A stretch of 63,545 nucleotides of DNA, counting the filler, from Octopus bimaculoides (lineage: Eukaryota), in NCBI RefSeq assembly GCF_001194135.2. It is 6 parts of 6 records of this genome, joined end to end, with 100 filler letters (N's around TTAATTAATTAA, not from the genome) between each part and the next. Parts side by side here need not be neighbours in the genome. Positions count along the whole stretch, not along the records: positions 17,119 to 41,546 come from NC_068981.1; positions 41,647 to 56,774 come from NC_068985.1; 4 more parts are not named here. One strand, 5' to 3'. The notes under the pieces were generated by a model. It saw nothing but the letters and a program-made list of their open reading frames with translations, was not told the origin of the DNA and made no database searches. Every line of letters starts with the position of its first letter. Position 1 is the first letter of the stretch. Below, piece after piece: positions 40,471-51,400 of this stretch. The translations under genes were made by a program, and so were the position numbers.

Positions 40471-40905
40471 GTATCCATCGGTCCCAAAAGAACAAAGATT
40501 TGTGCCTGAAGAATTTTATGTCAGCTGCTGAAGGTGGTGCAACATCTGCTGCGGCTGTACAGGCCCACACAGGAGTGGCAGTCTCACATGCAGCGACTGC
40601 ATTTGAAGAAACTCTCCACTAGTGTTTCTTCGAGTGCGCTTTTCTTTAGTGGTTCCAGTTTCTCTTCCCCTCACTCTATCACCTTATGTAGTACTTAGCT
40701 CCAGTGTGAGCAATCATTTGTGACTCCTTCCACCACAAAATCCAGATCTACTGACTTTATATCTTTTTTTACAAACATCCTTGAAGCAAAGATTAGGTTG
40801 TCCTTGTGCTCTTATGCCAGTGTACATGACTATCGGACATCTTTCTTTCTTTCTCTCTATTGTAGCTGGAACAAGGAAGACGTGTTCTTGTTTGTCTCCT
40901 GTCCT
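40470..40905 (-). mobile_element. RTE (BovB-like) LINE 3' end, family R2
   Basis: Minus strand QGQPNLCFKDVCK..FKCSRCM*DCHSCVGLYSRSRCC. Homologous to 54885-55195. Confidence 0.7.
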
Positions 40906-41282
40906 AGCTTGATTTACACATTCACCACCACAACCTCGTTTAGGCTTAGCAGCCCTTCCTGTTTGTTTTCACTGTCTTGTTTGTGTTACCAATTTTGACC
41001 CTCTGCAAAATCCCAAATTTTATTTAATTTGTTTTGCGGAAGCAACTGTTTTATCGAAAGCATATATTGTTATTAAATGCTGGAAATACGAGACTAGAAA
41101 AACAGTCAACAACTGATGAGGGGTCGTTCTTTATGTTGTTTGTTTGTTTTTTCCATTTGTGCCTTTCATTGTTCGAAAGAATAGTTCATGTTCCATGTAC
41201 TTGTGCTTCGTACTTTTTTGTTGTACACGTTTCGTGATGTCCTGTGCCCACATATGCATATATATATGTATATATATATATA

Positions 41283-41546
41283 TCTATATATATAAAAATG
41301 AGAATGTGTGTCTGTCTGTCTGTGTGTGTGTGTGTGAATCCCTAAAACTCGAGAACTACGCAACCAATTTCATTCAAATTTTACACATGCCTTACTTAGG
41401 GTTCCAGTTGTGTTTTAGTCAAAAAATTTTTTTAACTTCTTGCAGAGTTCGAGCCCACGGCAACATAATATCTCCTCCACTATTTAAGTATTACGTGTCA
41501 AAAGTGAAACAAAAACACTCATGTCAAATACTTTCACTTTAAAAAT
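41283..41546 (+). mobile_element. Helitron-like/HINE-like 5' end (second copy)
   Basis: A|TCTATATATATAAAAATGAG plus (GTCT)n; near-identical to 17205-17468 in opposite orientation. Confidence 0.6.
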
Positions 41547-41754
41547 NNNNNNNNNNNNNNNNNNNNNNNNNNNNNNNNNNNNNNNNNNNNTTAATTAATT
41601 AANNNNNNNNNNNNNNNNNNNNNNNNNNNNNNNNNNNNNNNNNNNNGGGGAATCGCATGACCGTGACATATAGAACACATTATCGAAAACGAAAATCGTG
41701 AAAATAAATAAATGAAAAAAATGTTACAGTCATTTTCCCTCAGTGTCTAATTCC

Positions 41755-41860
41755 AATGTCCACCGAGGTCGACTTTGCCTTTAATCCTTTCGGGGTTGAT
41801 AAGTACCAGTTGAGTACTGAGGCCTATCGCCCTCCCCCAAATTTCATGCCTTGTGCGTAT
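41755..41860 (+). mobile_element. SINE family C central-domain fragment
   Basis: gaggtcgactttgcctttaatcctttcggggttgataagtaccag. Confidence 0.6.
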
Positions 41861-43309
41861 TAGTAGATAGATTATTCATGACGCAAGTGCGCACCAAAGT
41901 CTGATTATTCATTTAGACGCGTTCGAATAGCGGCCATTCGGTTTTTAAAAGAATTCCACTTGTGTAATCATCTGTCCTTTCGAAAACGTAGTCGTCTCGT
42001 TCCTTTTAGGTCGAAACTTTCCTTGTTGCACCGTACATTTTTAATGACATTTGATAGGTCATATTTTATACTTGATTAAAGCAGGGTGGAGAATGAACAA
42101 TAAGTGACAAATTCGCGTGTGTTTATGTATTACTGTTGCCCAATATGCTAGAAACAACAGTTACATTCCTCGTTAGTCCTTAAATTTCGTTTGTTAAAAA
42201 TTCATAGATGTTCACGTCGGCAATGCCTTTGAGAGCTGACCCGGGACTCATCAACAATTACAACTAGCGATATGCTGGATGGTTAATTTTGGAACGCCTT
42301 TATGAAGATAGGATAGTTACCGTTACAGGGCATTTAAAAGAGGGGGAATACTTGCTTGGAAAGCTTTGTAAAGACGGAATGCCTTCAAAAAGACCTGTTT
42401 TAATTATCTGTGCACACATCGATCGATGTAGTTGTTTAAACGCAAGCGAAAGTTAGATTAGTTATTTTCGGTTATGAAAGATTTCAGTTTCTGAGACTTA
42501 AACTTCTGCTACTAACGAAAATATGCCCTTCTTATTTAGGTATAAAGTGTCAACTTTTGGTGTAGGAAACAGTAAATTTCTCGACACCTTCGGAAGGATA
42601 AAACAGTGAAATTGAGGTACATAGATTTGAACTCAGAACGTAACGAACTGGAATAAAGCAAAATATAATAATCCGACACACTACCGATTGTGCTAATGCC
42701 CCTCCCTAAACAAATGTATTATCAAATTACATTGCTAAGAACCCATATAAAGGCATATCCTTAACATCCTTCAGTAATTCGTTCAACTAAAATAAAAAAA
42801 TAAAAGACGTAACATGGAGGCAATATTTCAAACAGAGTTGTTAATATATAATTGTTTTAATAAATGATTTCTACATATTTTTACACATTTTTTATTTATA
42901 TATTTCCACTTCAGTATTGGCTTCCAGGGGTTTTTTCCCTTTTAAATCTATGCTTCTTAAGCATAGACTGACCGTCGTAACGTTGGATAAATCGAATGAA
43001 GTTGACGTTTAATGTTTTGTTTTTTTTCANNNNNNNNNNATACATACATACATACATACACGCACACACATAAATTACAGAAAAGCAAAAGACGAACACA
43101 GGTGTATAAACAACAAACAGGTGTATTAGTTTAACGCTCGCGAATGTGACAGTCTTTTACGTTTCGAGCCTACGCTCTTCAACAGAAAGGAACACGAGGG
43201 AATAAACAAAATAATCAAAATATCTCTAAACCAAACTGAACATAAGAATATATATATATAAATCCAATGAACTACACATTCTAAATACATACGTATAGAA
43301 TTATGATAC

Positions 43310-43590
43310 AAGCGTGGCTGTGTGGTGAGAAGTTTGCTTCTCAACCACATAATGCCAGGTTCAGTCCCATAACGTGGTGGCACCTTGAAAGGTGCCTTCT
43401 ATTATATCCATTCTCGCGGCTAACGAAAGCTTTATAAATGGATGTAGTAGCTGGGGAAAGAAGCCTGTCTAATGTGTGTGCTTGTCCCTTATTCCGCTTG
43501 TCAACCAGTGTTGGTTTGTTTACTTAAGTCCCGTAGCATAGCGGTTCAGCAAAATAGAGCAAAAGAATAAGTTACAGACTTAAAGGCGGT
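43310..43590 (+). mobile_element. Old family A SINE
   Basis: gcgtggctgtgtggtgagaag..ggttcagtccc..ggcaccttg head and a diverged body. Confidence 0.7.
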
Positions 43591-44450
43591 TCATGACCAC
43601 AGTTGAATCATTTAAAGAGATACAAGATAAATAATCTAAATAGATAAACATAATAATTTATATCCATAGACATATTAAATAACTCGATAGACGGAATTCT
43701 ACTTTACGCATCCCACATAACCCNNNNNNNNNNNNNNNNNNNNNNNNNNNNNNNNNNNNNNNNNNNNNNNNNNNNNNNNNNNNNNNNNNNNNNNNNNNNN
43801 NNNNNNNNNNNNNNNNNNNNNNNNNNNNNNNNNNNNNNNNNNNNNNNNNNNNNNNNNNNNNNNNNNNNNNNNNNNNNNNNNNNNNNNNNNNNNNNNNNNN
43901 NNNNNNNNNNNNNNNNNNNNNNNNNNNNNNNNNNNNNNNNNNNNNNNNNNNNNNNNNNNNNNNNNNNNNNNNNNNNNNNNNNNNNNNNNNNNNNNNNNNN
44001 NNNNNNNNNNNNNNNNNNNNNNNNNNNNNNNNNNNNNNNNNNNNNNNNNNNNNNNNNNNNNNNNNNNNNNNNNNNNNNNNNNNNNNNNNNNNNNNNNNNN
44101 NNNNNNNNNNNNNNNNNNNNNNNNNNNNNNNNNNNNNNNNNNNNNNNNNNNNNNNNNNNNNNNNNNNNNNNNNNNNNNNNNNNNNNNNNNNNNNNNNNNN
44201 NNNNNNNNNNNNNNNNNNNNNNNNNNNNNNNNNNNNNNNNNNNNNNNNNNNNNNNNNNNNNNNNNNNNNNNNNNNNNNNNNNNNNNNNNNNNTATAAATA
44301 TATAGATATATGCATATATCGTACATATATGGACATACGTACATCTATATATATATATATATATATATATACTTGTGTGTAGAATACAAATTCGTAAAAT
44401 GTTTTGAAAATTCTAAAAAATAAAGTTATAAAGGGTTATATGTCGATTAT

Positions 44451-44497
<47 letters not shown>

Positions 44498-44724
44498 CCA
44501 TGTTGGAGTTCTGTTTTCTTGGTTGCATCACCAAAGCTATATATGTATATATATAAACACGATATCTAGATAGAGAGAGAAAGCCGTAAAGGCTATAGCT
44601 TAGAAGAAAGACTACTAACAATTATTGCAGTAGTCAACTGAGAAGCTACACGACAGCTGATATAGTGTTCGGTAAATACATTCCGTGCAGTAAGAATAAA
44701 AGAATAAGAGTTTATAAGCGGTTA

Positions 44725-44795
44725 TGACGTGGAGGATGTGACCTCCGTTGGGTCATTGAAGCCGTGCCGGAAGTGCACAGTCCCCATCTCTTTCT
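44725..44795 (+). promoter_or_regulatory. Ribosomal-protein-type core promoter: CRE-like TGACGT (44725), ETS site CCGGAAGTG (44767-44775), TCT initiator (44787-44795)
   Basis: TCTTTCT at 44789-44795 matches the TCT consensus YC+1TYTYY; no TATA box seen. The combination is typical of metazoan RP genes. Confidence 0.7.
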
Positions 44796-44811
44796 CGTTT
44801 TTCAACCTGAG
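44788..44811 (+). other. UBA52: Probable non-coding exon 1 (5'TOP leader) of the UBL-eL40 gene
   Basis: Pyrimidine tract ctctttctcgtttttcaacctgag followed by a strong donor G|gtaagt at 44812. Joining to the acceptor at 48327 is inferred. Confidence 0.65.
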
Positions 44812-47234
44812 GTAAGTCACCATTTTATTTTACGTCGTGTATTTTTTGGACATTTATTCCTTATTTATGCGTCTTTAAACATTAAAATGTAATTTTATTT
44901 AACCATAACCTTTGCTAAATACCTCTTACCTGTTTATATTGTACATACATCAGTGTGTAAGTCTTTTTTTGTGTATAATTGTGTCGTTGTACTTTGCCGT
45001 GCTTCTACCACGTGTAGACTCTCAGTCTCTTAATATGTCGTTGAACCATTTTATTATTTGTAAAACTATTTAAAAATGCTAGCATTAATTGGTAGTAATC
45101 TTTTTACTAAGCTGCTGTCTTTTCCTCTCTATTCAGCTAGATAGATAGTGTGTTGTATTTATATACATGCATATACTAGTTTTTGTGATACGATCAGGAA
45201 AATAGAACTCTAATATGTATGTTCATATATATCATCTCTCTCTCATATATATATATATACATACACACGTATATATATATATATATATACATACACNNNN
45301 NNNNNNTATATATATATATATACATACACACGTATATATATATATATATATATATATACATACACACGTATATATATATATACACACACGTATATATACG
45401 CGCACACACATATTTATGATTATCGGCAGAAGTCCAAGAGTGACTCAAGGGCAGAGAATTTCGTGTATTGGTGCTTGTCGAGATATCTATTATGTATATG
45501 GATTTAAATTAAGCTTCAATTAATTTTGAAAATATTAGAGAATGTAGTAAGATAGACTTGTCATTATTTAAGCTGCTAATGGAGAGTAAATTGACGTATT
45601 GTGCTGTGTCGCTACAACTTAGATCTCTCCAAGATATGAAGTTTGTATTGCAGGAGCAAGGACTATTTTAGACGGTTTGGTATTAAAAATGTTAAATATG
45701 AATGTCATTTGTTGTTTGCAAAACTTATAGGGATATGTTAAACGTTTACAATAACGACCTGTGTTGAATACACCTTAAGTTCATATGTTCTGTTTATTCG
45801 GTACCGGATGGGTATTCTTTCGTGCTATTTCTAAGAATACCGTTTATTAGCCCTTTTATACTCCGTAAGAGCTCTGATCTCCGAACTCTGGGCGTGTACA
45901 TCCTTGGTGCTGAAATAATTTATTGATGATCGAAGGTATATTTGAATGGATAAAGAAATAAAATGCCAAGCCTTAATACTGTTTTAAACAATTGGATGTT
46001 GGTTGGTTATAAGTAACTTAGTCTGTAGGTCAAGGTCGTTTATAATTAGTATATATCGTTTTTCTCCTATATTACGTTTCCCATTTATATTCTATATAGG
46101 TGGTAGATGGGACGTGGATATTAAATTTTTTACTTTCGTAGTCATGTGCGCTAATTTAAGAGATAGCATATAGGAAGCCGGTGTCATTGATAACCATTTT
46201 CCTCGTACAAAAATGTCCGGACAGCTCGCAGAATAGGACAAAATGCTAAGCATTTTTGCTGATCAACTTTGCCTTTCTTGTGACATTTAACCGACTTTCC
46301 CCTTCCCCTGAAAAATTGCTGGCCTTGTGCACAATTCTATACAATGCAGTGATTTGTTTTTACTCTCTGCTATGAGTTGAAGAACAATTTACCATTTTTG
46401 TGTAAATCACGTGTCTGAAACAGCTAGATTCGTGGGGTAGGGATGTAATTTCGAATTTTTGTAGGTTTAAGGGGATAAGAAAATCTTTTACTATTATATA
46501 AGTGATGTGAAATATTTAGGGGTTCAAAGTCTAGTGAGAGATTGGATTCAACTTTCAAATGTTGCCAGAAAGGTGTTTTATTCTTGGATCAATTCAAACA
46601 ATTATACATTTGAACCTAGTTCTGTATATCATGCTAAAAGTAGATGTCAGGAATCCTATTCAATAAGTGTTGCATAAAATGTCAATCTTTTCTGGAATGA
46701 TGTTGAAACCCACAAAACATTACTGTTCCCATGCTTCAATAAATTGTAAAAATAATAATAAAGCAATATTTGGTACATAAAAAATTTAACATGAAATTTT
46801 GATGTTTTTAAATTAGTTGATTTAAAACAGGAATTTAGTATCATAGAATCTGGATCATCGCAGGCAGATTGGTGTCAACTGGGTTAACTTTACTCATGGA
46901 ATGTATTATTCTTGTAATGTATGTTGAAGTTAATGGTTATTCTAAGTAACTTTTCCCCATTGCAACATTTGAAATTTGCATTGATCAATTTTGTCCAGTG
47001 TATGTACTTTGAATGAGTTGAAATTTTGATTTAGTATGAAGTGTTGATAAACCTTTAATAGTGAAAAGGAATTAAAAATTAAGCTATGCTTACATAGCTT
47101 ATAATGCTAGAAAAGTTGAATTTCAACATAAGCTCTTTAAAAACAAGACTTTGTATTTTAGTATTTAAAGTATCATGTACACCAACACCAGCATTTCTTG
47201 TCACACTGAGCAAGGTTTCTCTTTGTCCAGTAGT

Positions 47235-47525
47235 CATCATTGTTTAACGTTCGCTTTCCATGCTAGCTTGGGTTGGACAATTTGACTGAGGACGGGTGAA
47301 CCGGATGGCTGCACCAGGCTCCAATTTGGTCTGGCAGAGTTTCTACAGCTGGATGCCCTTCCTAATGCCAACCACTCCGAGAGTGTAGTGTGTGCTTTTA
47401 CGTGTCACCGGCACGAGGGCCAGTCACGCCGTACTGGCAACGGCCACACTCAAAATGGTGTTTTTTGTGTGCCACCTGCACAGGAGCCAGTCCAGCAGCA
47501 CTGGCAATGACCTCGCTTGAATGAT
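47235..47525 (-). mobile_element. R1 LINE 3' UTR/tail in intron 1 (a diverged sense-strand R1 piece lies at about 47600-47955)
   Basis: Matches 22346-22533 plus the ~60-bp UTR units. Confidence 0.75.
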
Positions 47526-48335
47526 TTTTCTGAGGTACATGTAGATAGATAGTAATTGTAGCTGTGAATCAAATTTAATTCTTAGAAGTTAGAAGGGGGG
47601 GGGGACATGTAAAAGGGTAGATCCACGGAGACATAAGATGAAGTGGTGAGAAAAGATCTGATGTTGGGCCTCACAGATGACATAAGGGACTGGTTTGCTG
47701 TGCTGGAGAAGACATACCAAGCTAAATAAAATCACGGCTGTCTATGCATACATCCCTTAGCTGAGAGATCTTTGTCTTGTGTCACGTTAAAGTATCAAGT
47801 ATGCTCTGTAAAGTGGTTGCCATTGGAAAGGGTCATGCAGCTGTAAAAACCATCCCAAAACATACAAATGGAACCCTGGCAACTCCCAAGCTGGTCAACT
47901 ATCAAATCATCCCATCCATCCCAGCATGGTGAGCAGACCTGAGGATGATGATGGTGGGAAGTAAACTAATTGAAAAGTAAAGCTGTGGCTCTTTCTATAG
48001 ATAGGGTCTGACATCTATAGCAAATTGCTCAGTAATGGGAATATATGTATTACATCTGAGATTAAAAATAGAGGTATTAATGCTTAGATGTAAGACTGCT
48101 GGGTAAGTCAGTGGAATATATAATCTGGATTCTCTAATACCTTATGGTGCTAAAAGTTTACAAAAATTCATTTTTCTTCAGATTTTGCTAACTTTGATAA
48201 TCTGGGTTTGGGAATTTGCGTTGCAGATTATGTATGGAGTGGGTCTTCATCACAGTTGATGTGGAGAAGTGTCTGTTTCACTGTATTATGCAGACATAGT
48301 GATAGTGTTGTTGGCTTCTCATTTCAGATACGAAA

Positions 48336-48438
48336 ATGCAACTCTTTGTATCGAATTTGGCCGGGAAGACCCTGGCCCTTGACATGCATTCATCCACCAC
48401 CACAATGGATGTGATGGATTCAATTACAGCCAGGGAAG
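48336..48438 (+). CDS. UBA52: UBL-eL40 coding exon 1 (aa 1-35)
   Basis: Acceptor tttcag|ATAC at 48327/48328, ATG at 48336, donor GAAG|gtaagt at 48438/48439. Confidence 0.95.
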
Positions 48439-51400
48439 GTAAGTATTTTATGCATTTCTCCTCCTCCTTCCATCAAACCTTTTCTGTTCTGGTTTTGATA
48501 GTAATTGAAGGAAATAAAAAGTAGTTATGTTATTGCTTCACGCATAAGAATGTGGTTATGTCGGATTGGCAGTTGTAGAGTGTGAAAGGGATAAATTGTG
48601 ATTAGTGTTAGCAAAATTTGGGTAATTACATGTAGAAACCATCTAGATGAAGAGGAAGGAATGGGTTGAGGGTGCTAACGTCTGGCATGGTAAAATCAGA
48701 ATTTTGTAAGGGAAACAGAAATAGAGTAGCTAAGCATAAGAAAACTACTACAGCAAATATGTATTAAATGTTTTTGGCTTGTGTATATTTATATAAAAAT
48801 TCACTTAATTTTCCATAAAAGCAGAGTTACAGCTATGACACAGTGTGCCTACATTTACTAGTCTGATAGAGTACATTCATGGAGAGTTTTGTCTCATGCT
48901 TTTGTAAAATCCTTTACATCTTAAACTAACCTAGTTTATTTTTCTCAGATGCTCATTATTTGAATTAACTCAAGTCCTTATAGTTGTATAAGTTCTGCTC
49001 TCAGCCATATTGCTATTATTTTGCCTTTATTTTGTAGGTTTATTGGTGATTTTCTGTTTCTTAAATATATAATATCTGTCCACTCTCACAATTTTAAATG
49101 TTACCCAATTTGTTAACATCCTTTGTATAGTTTGTGTTCTGGATTTCCCATTCATACTTCTACGAGCACAACCCAGCGTCTGCTGGTATATAAAAGTACT
49201 CGGCTGTAATGACTACAATACATATTTGCCATGCTCCAACTAGTACGTTTAATAACTTCATTTCTGATGGTTGTTTCGTAACCATATGGTTTTGGTTTCA
49301 GTCCCACTACACAGCACCTTAATTAATCTTTTTGTTGTCAACCTGCCTGAGAACGCATGTTTCAAAGAGCATTTCTACAGAAATGTGGTAGGGAAAGGGT
49401 GAAGTACTTCCTATAGTCCTGGGTCGGATCTGTTCAATTTGGCTCACAGATTTTTTAATTAATTCTTTTTAATACAGTTCTATTTAAGGGATAAGGAATT
49501 ATGTACATTATTTACATTTGACAGATATTTGCCATCTTGTTTGTTGCTGAGGTGTCTTGGGGAAATTTCGAACCTGGGTTCTCATTCCTATGGTATTTTT
49601 CAATGTTATTATTCAAGTCGCTGCCTGGAATTTAACTCGGAATCTTGGGGTTAGTAGCCTGCACTCTTAACCACTATGCCATATGCCCGAAGGCTGGAAG
49701 GTATATCAGCTGAAATGTTACCAAAATGAGGGCAAATATCTGTCAAATGTAAATAATGTAATTCTCACACAGAGCACGGTTTACTTAGAACATTTTTGAC
49801 AAAATTTGGTATTTTAGAAGTTATTTCGTGTAAAGTTGTTGTATTTGGGTAATTTCAGCCAATCAGTGATATGTATTCGGTTGAAGAAGGCTACTGCTGT
49901 TTGCGATAGTAATCGAAAAATAACAACTTCTGGGTCATCTCTTCTAAATGTCACCACTGTTCTATTCGTAAGGCATTTTGAAACTACATATACATGAACG
50001 GCAAAGAAGCTAGCTGGAGACTCATAGCTCTGTAAGTCTTTTAAACACTGGTGCACTTTATGTGCAAATATAACACTGATGTCAGGCAAACAATAAATAT
50101 ATGTAAATAATATTTCTTGCTTCTTGGTGTTGATTCTTCGATGTTTACTGGTTACTCTGACGCGAGAATCAAAAAAATAGGCAACACAAGCAGTAATGAT
50201 TAAAATAGAACAGTGGAGATGACCCGGAAGTTGTTCCTCTTCTGGTACTATCGCAAACAGCAGCAGCTTTCTTCAACCGAATACACATCGTTGATTGGTT
50301 GAAATTATCCAAATACGACAACATAAAATAACTTCTAAAATACCAAATTTTGTTCAAAATAAACTGTGTTCTGTGTGAGACATTCCACCAGTATACGAAG
50401 TTTCAAACTGTTAGTAAAAAGTAATTAACAAATCTGTGGGTTTATGTGGTAAATAGAAACTGTAAAGAAGCCCATTGTATTTATATTACATTGTGTTTCT
50501 GTCTCCTTGTCAAGCGGTCTTGTTTGCAATTTTGATTGGAAATTAGTGAGAGAAAAGGCATTTTTCTGTCTCAACAAATCCTGTCTGAACATTGATATAG
50601 TGACTGATATGGACAATGTAATCTTTAACTTGAAAAGTGCTTGCACCTCGTTAATTGATTTCCAGCATATCATAAGAACCACTCATCCTCTTGTGCTTAT
50701 GTTGGAGTATTGGTAGAGTCCTCTTCTTTTGCCAATTTGTTTCAAAGTTGACGTTGTCATGTCTGTGTTGGTTACATTGATAAGGGTGAATTTGAAACTT
50801 ATTCATGGATTTATGTATGCACGGATTTTTTTAAATATATTTTCTGTTCATAATTGAATCTTAGCTAAGTCATATACAATAAACAGGTTAATGTTTAAAT
50901 TTTTAATTATGCAAATTGTCTTTCAGGAATCCCCCAGAGCCTGCAACGACTTGTGTACTCGGGCAAACAGCTGGACGAAACTGCTAGGCTGAGTGAATAT
51001 GGTGTTGCTACAGGTAAGATCTTTGGCATTTGCATGTTCTTTAGCATTCAAAATGTTTTCGTGTCTTTTGGTGAAAAGTTGTTAGCATAACATTTTTACA
51101 CTGTCTCAGACAGTTGTGTTGTTTTCTTTGCAATGATGTTCCAGGTTTGATCCCACTGCACAGTTCTTTGAATGAGTGGGTGATAGTATGGATCTCTGTT
51201 CATATTCACTTGCGAATCAAATTGATACATTAACAGAATGAAATAAGATTGATTGCTGTCCTGTGACTTTTATACAATATTAGTAATGTAAGCTTTATCT
51301 TGACATACGAAATTACAAACCTGGACTTATTTTTCTGTTGCAAAGCTAGGTGATTTATTCAGTGTCCACTTTTCCCCATTCTAGAATAGTTCATCCATTT

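Noticed and set aside
43150-43185. Hammerhead-like motif TTGAAGA-GC..GCTC-GAAAC-GTA on the minus strand
   Set aside because: C3 is replaced, the stem II register is ambiguous and there is no clean stem I; too weak to call.
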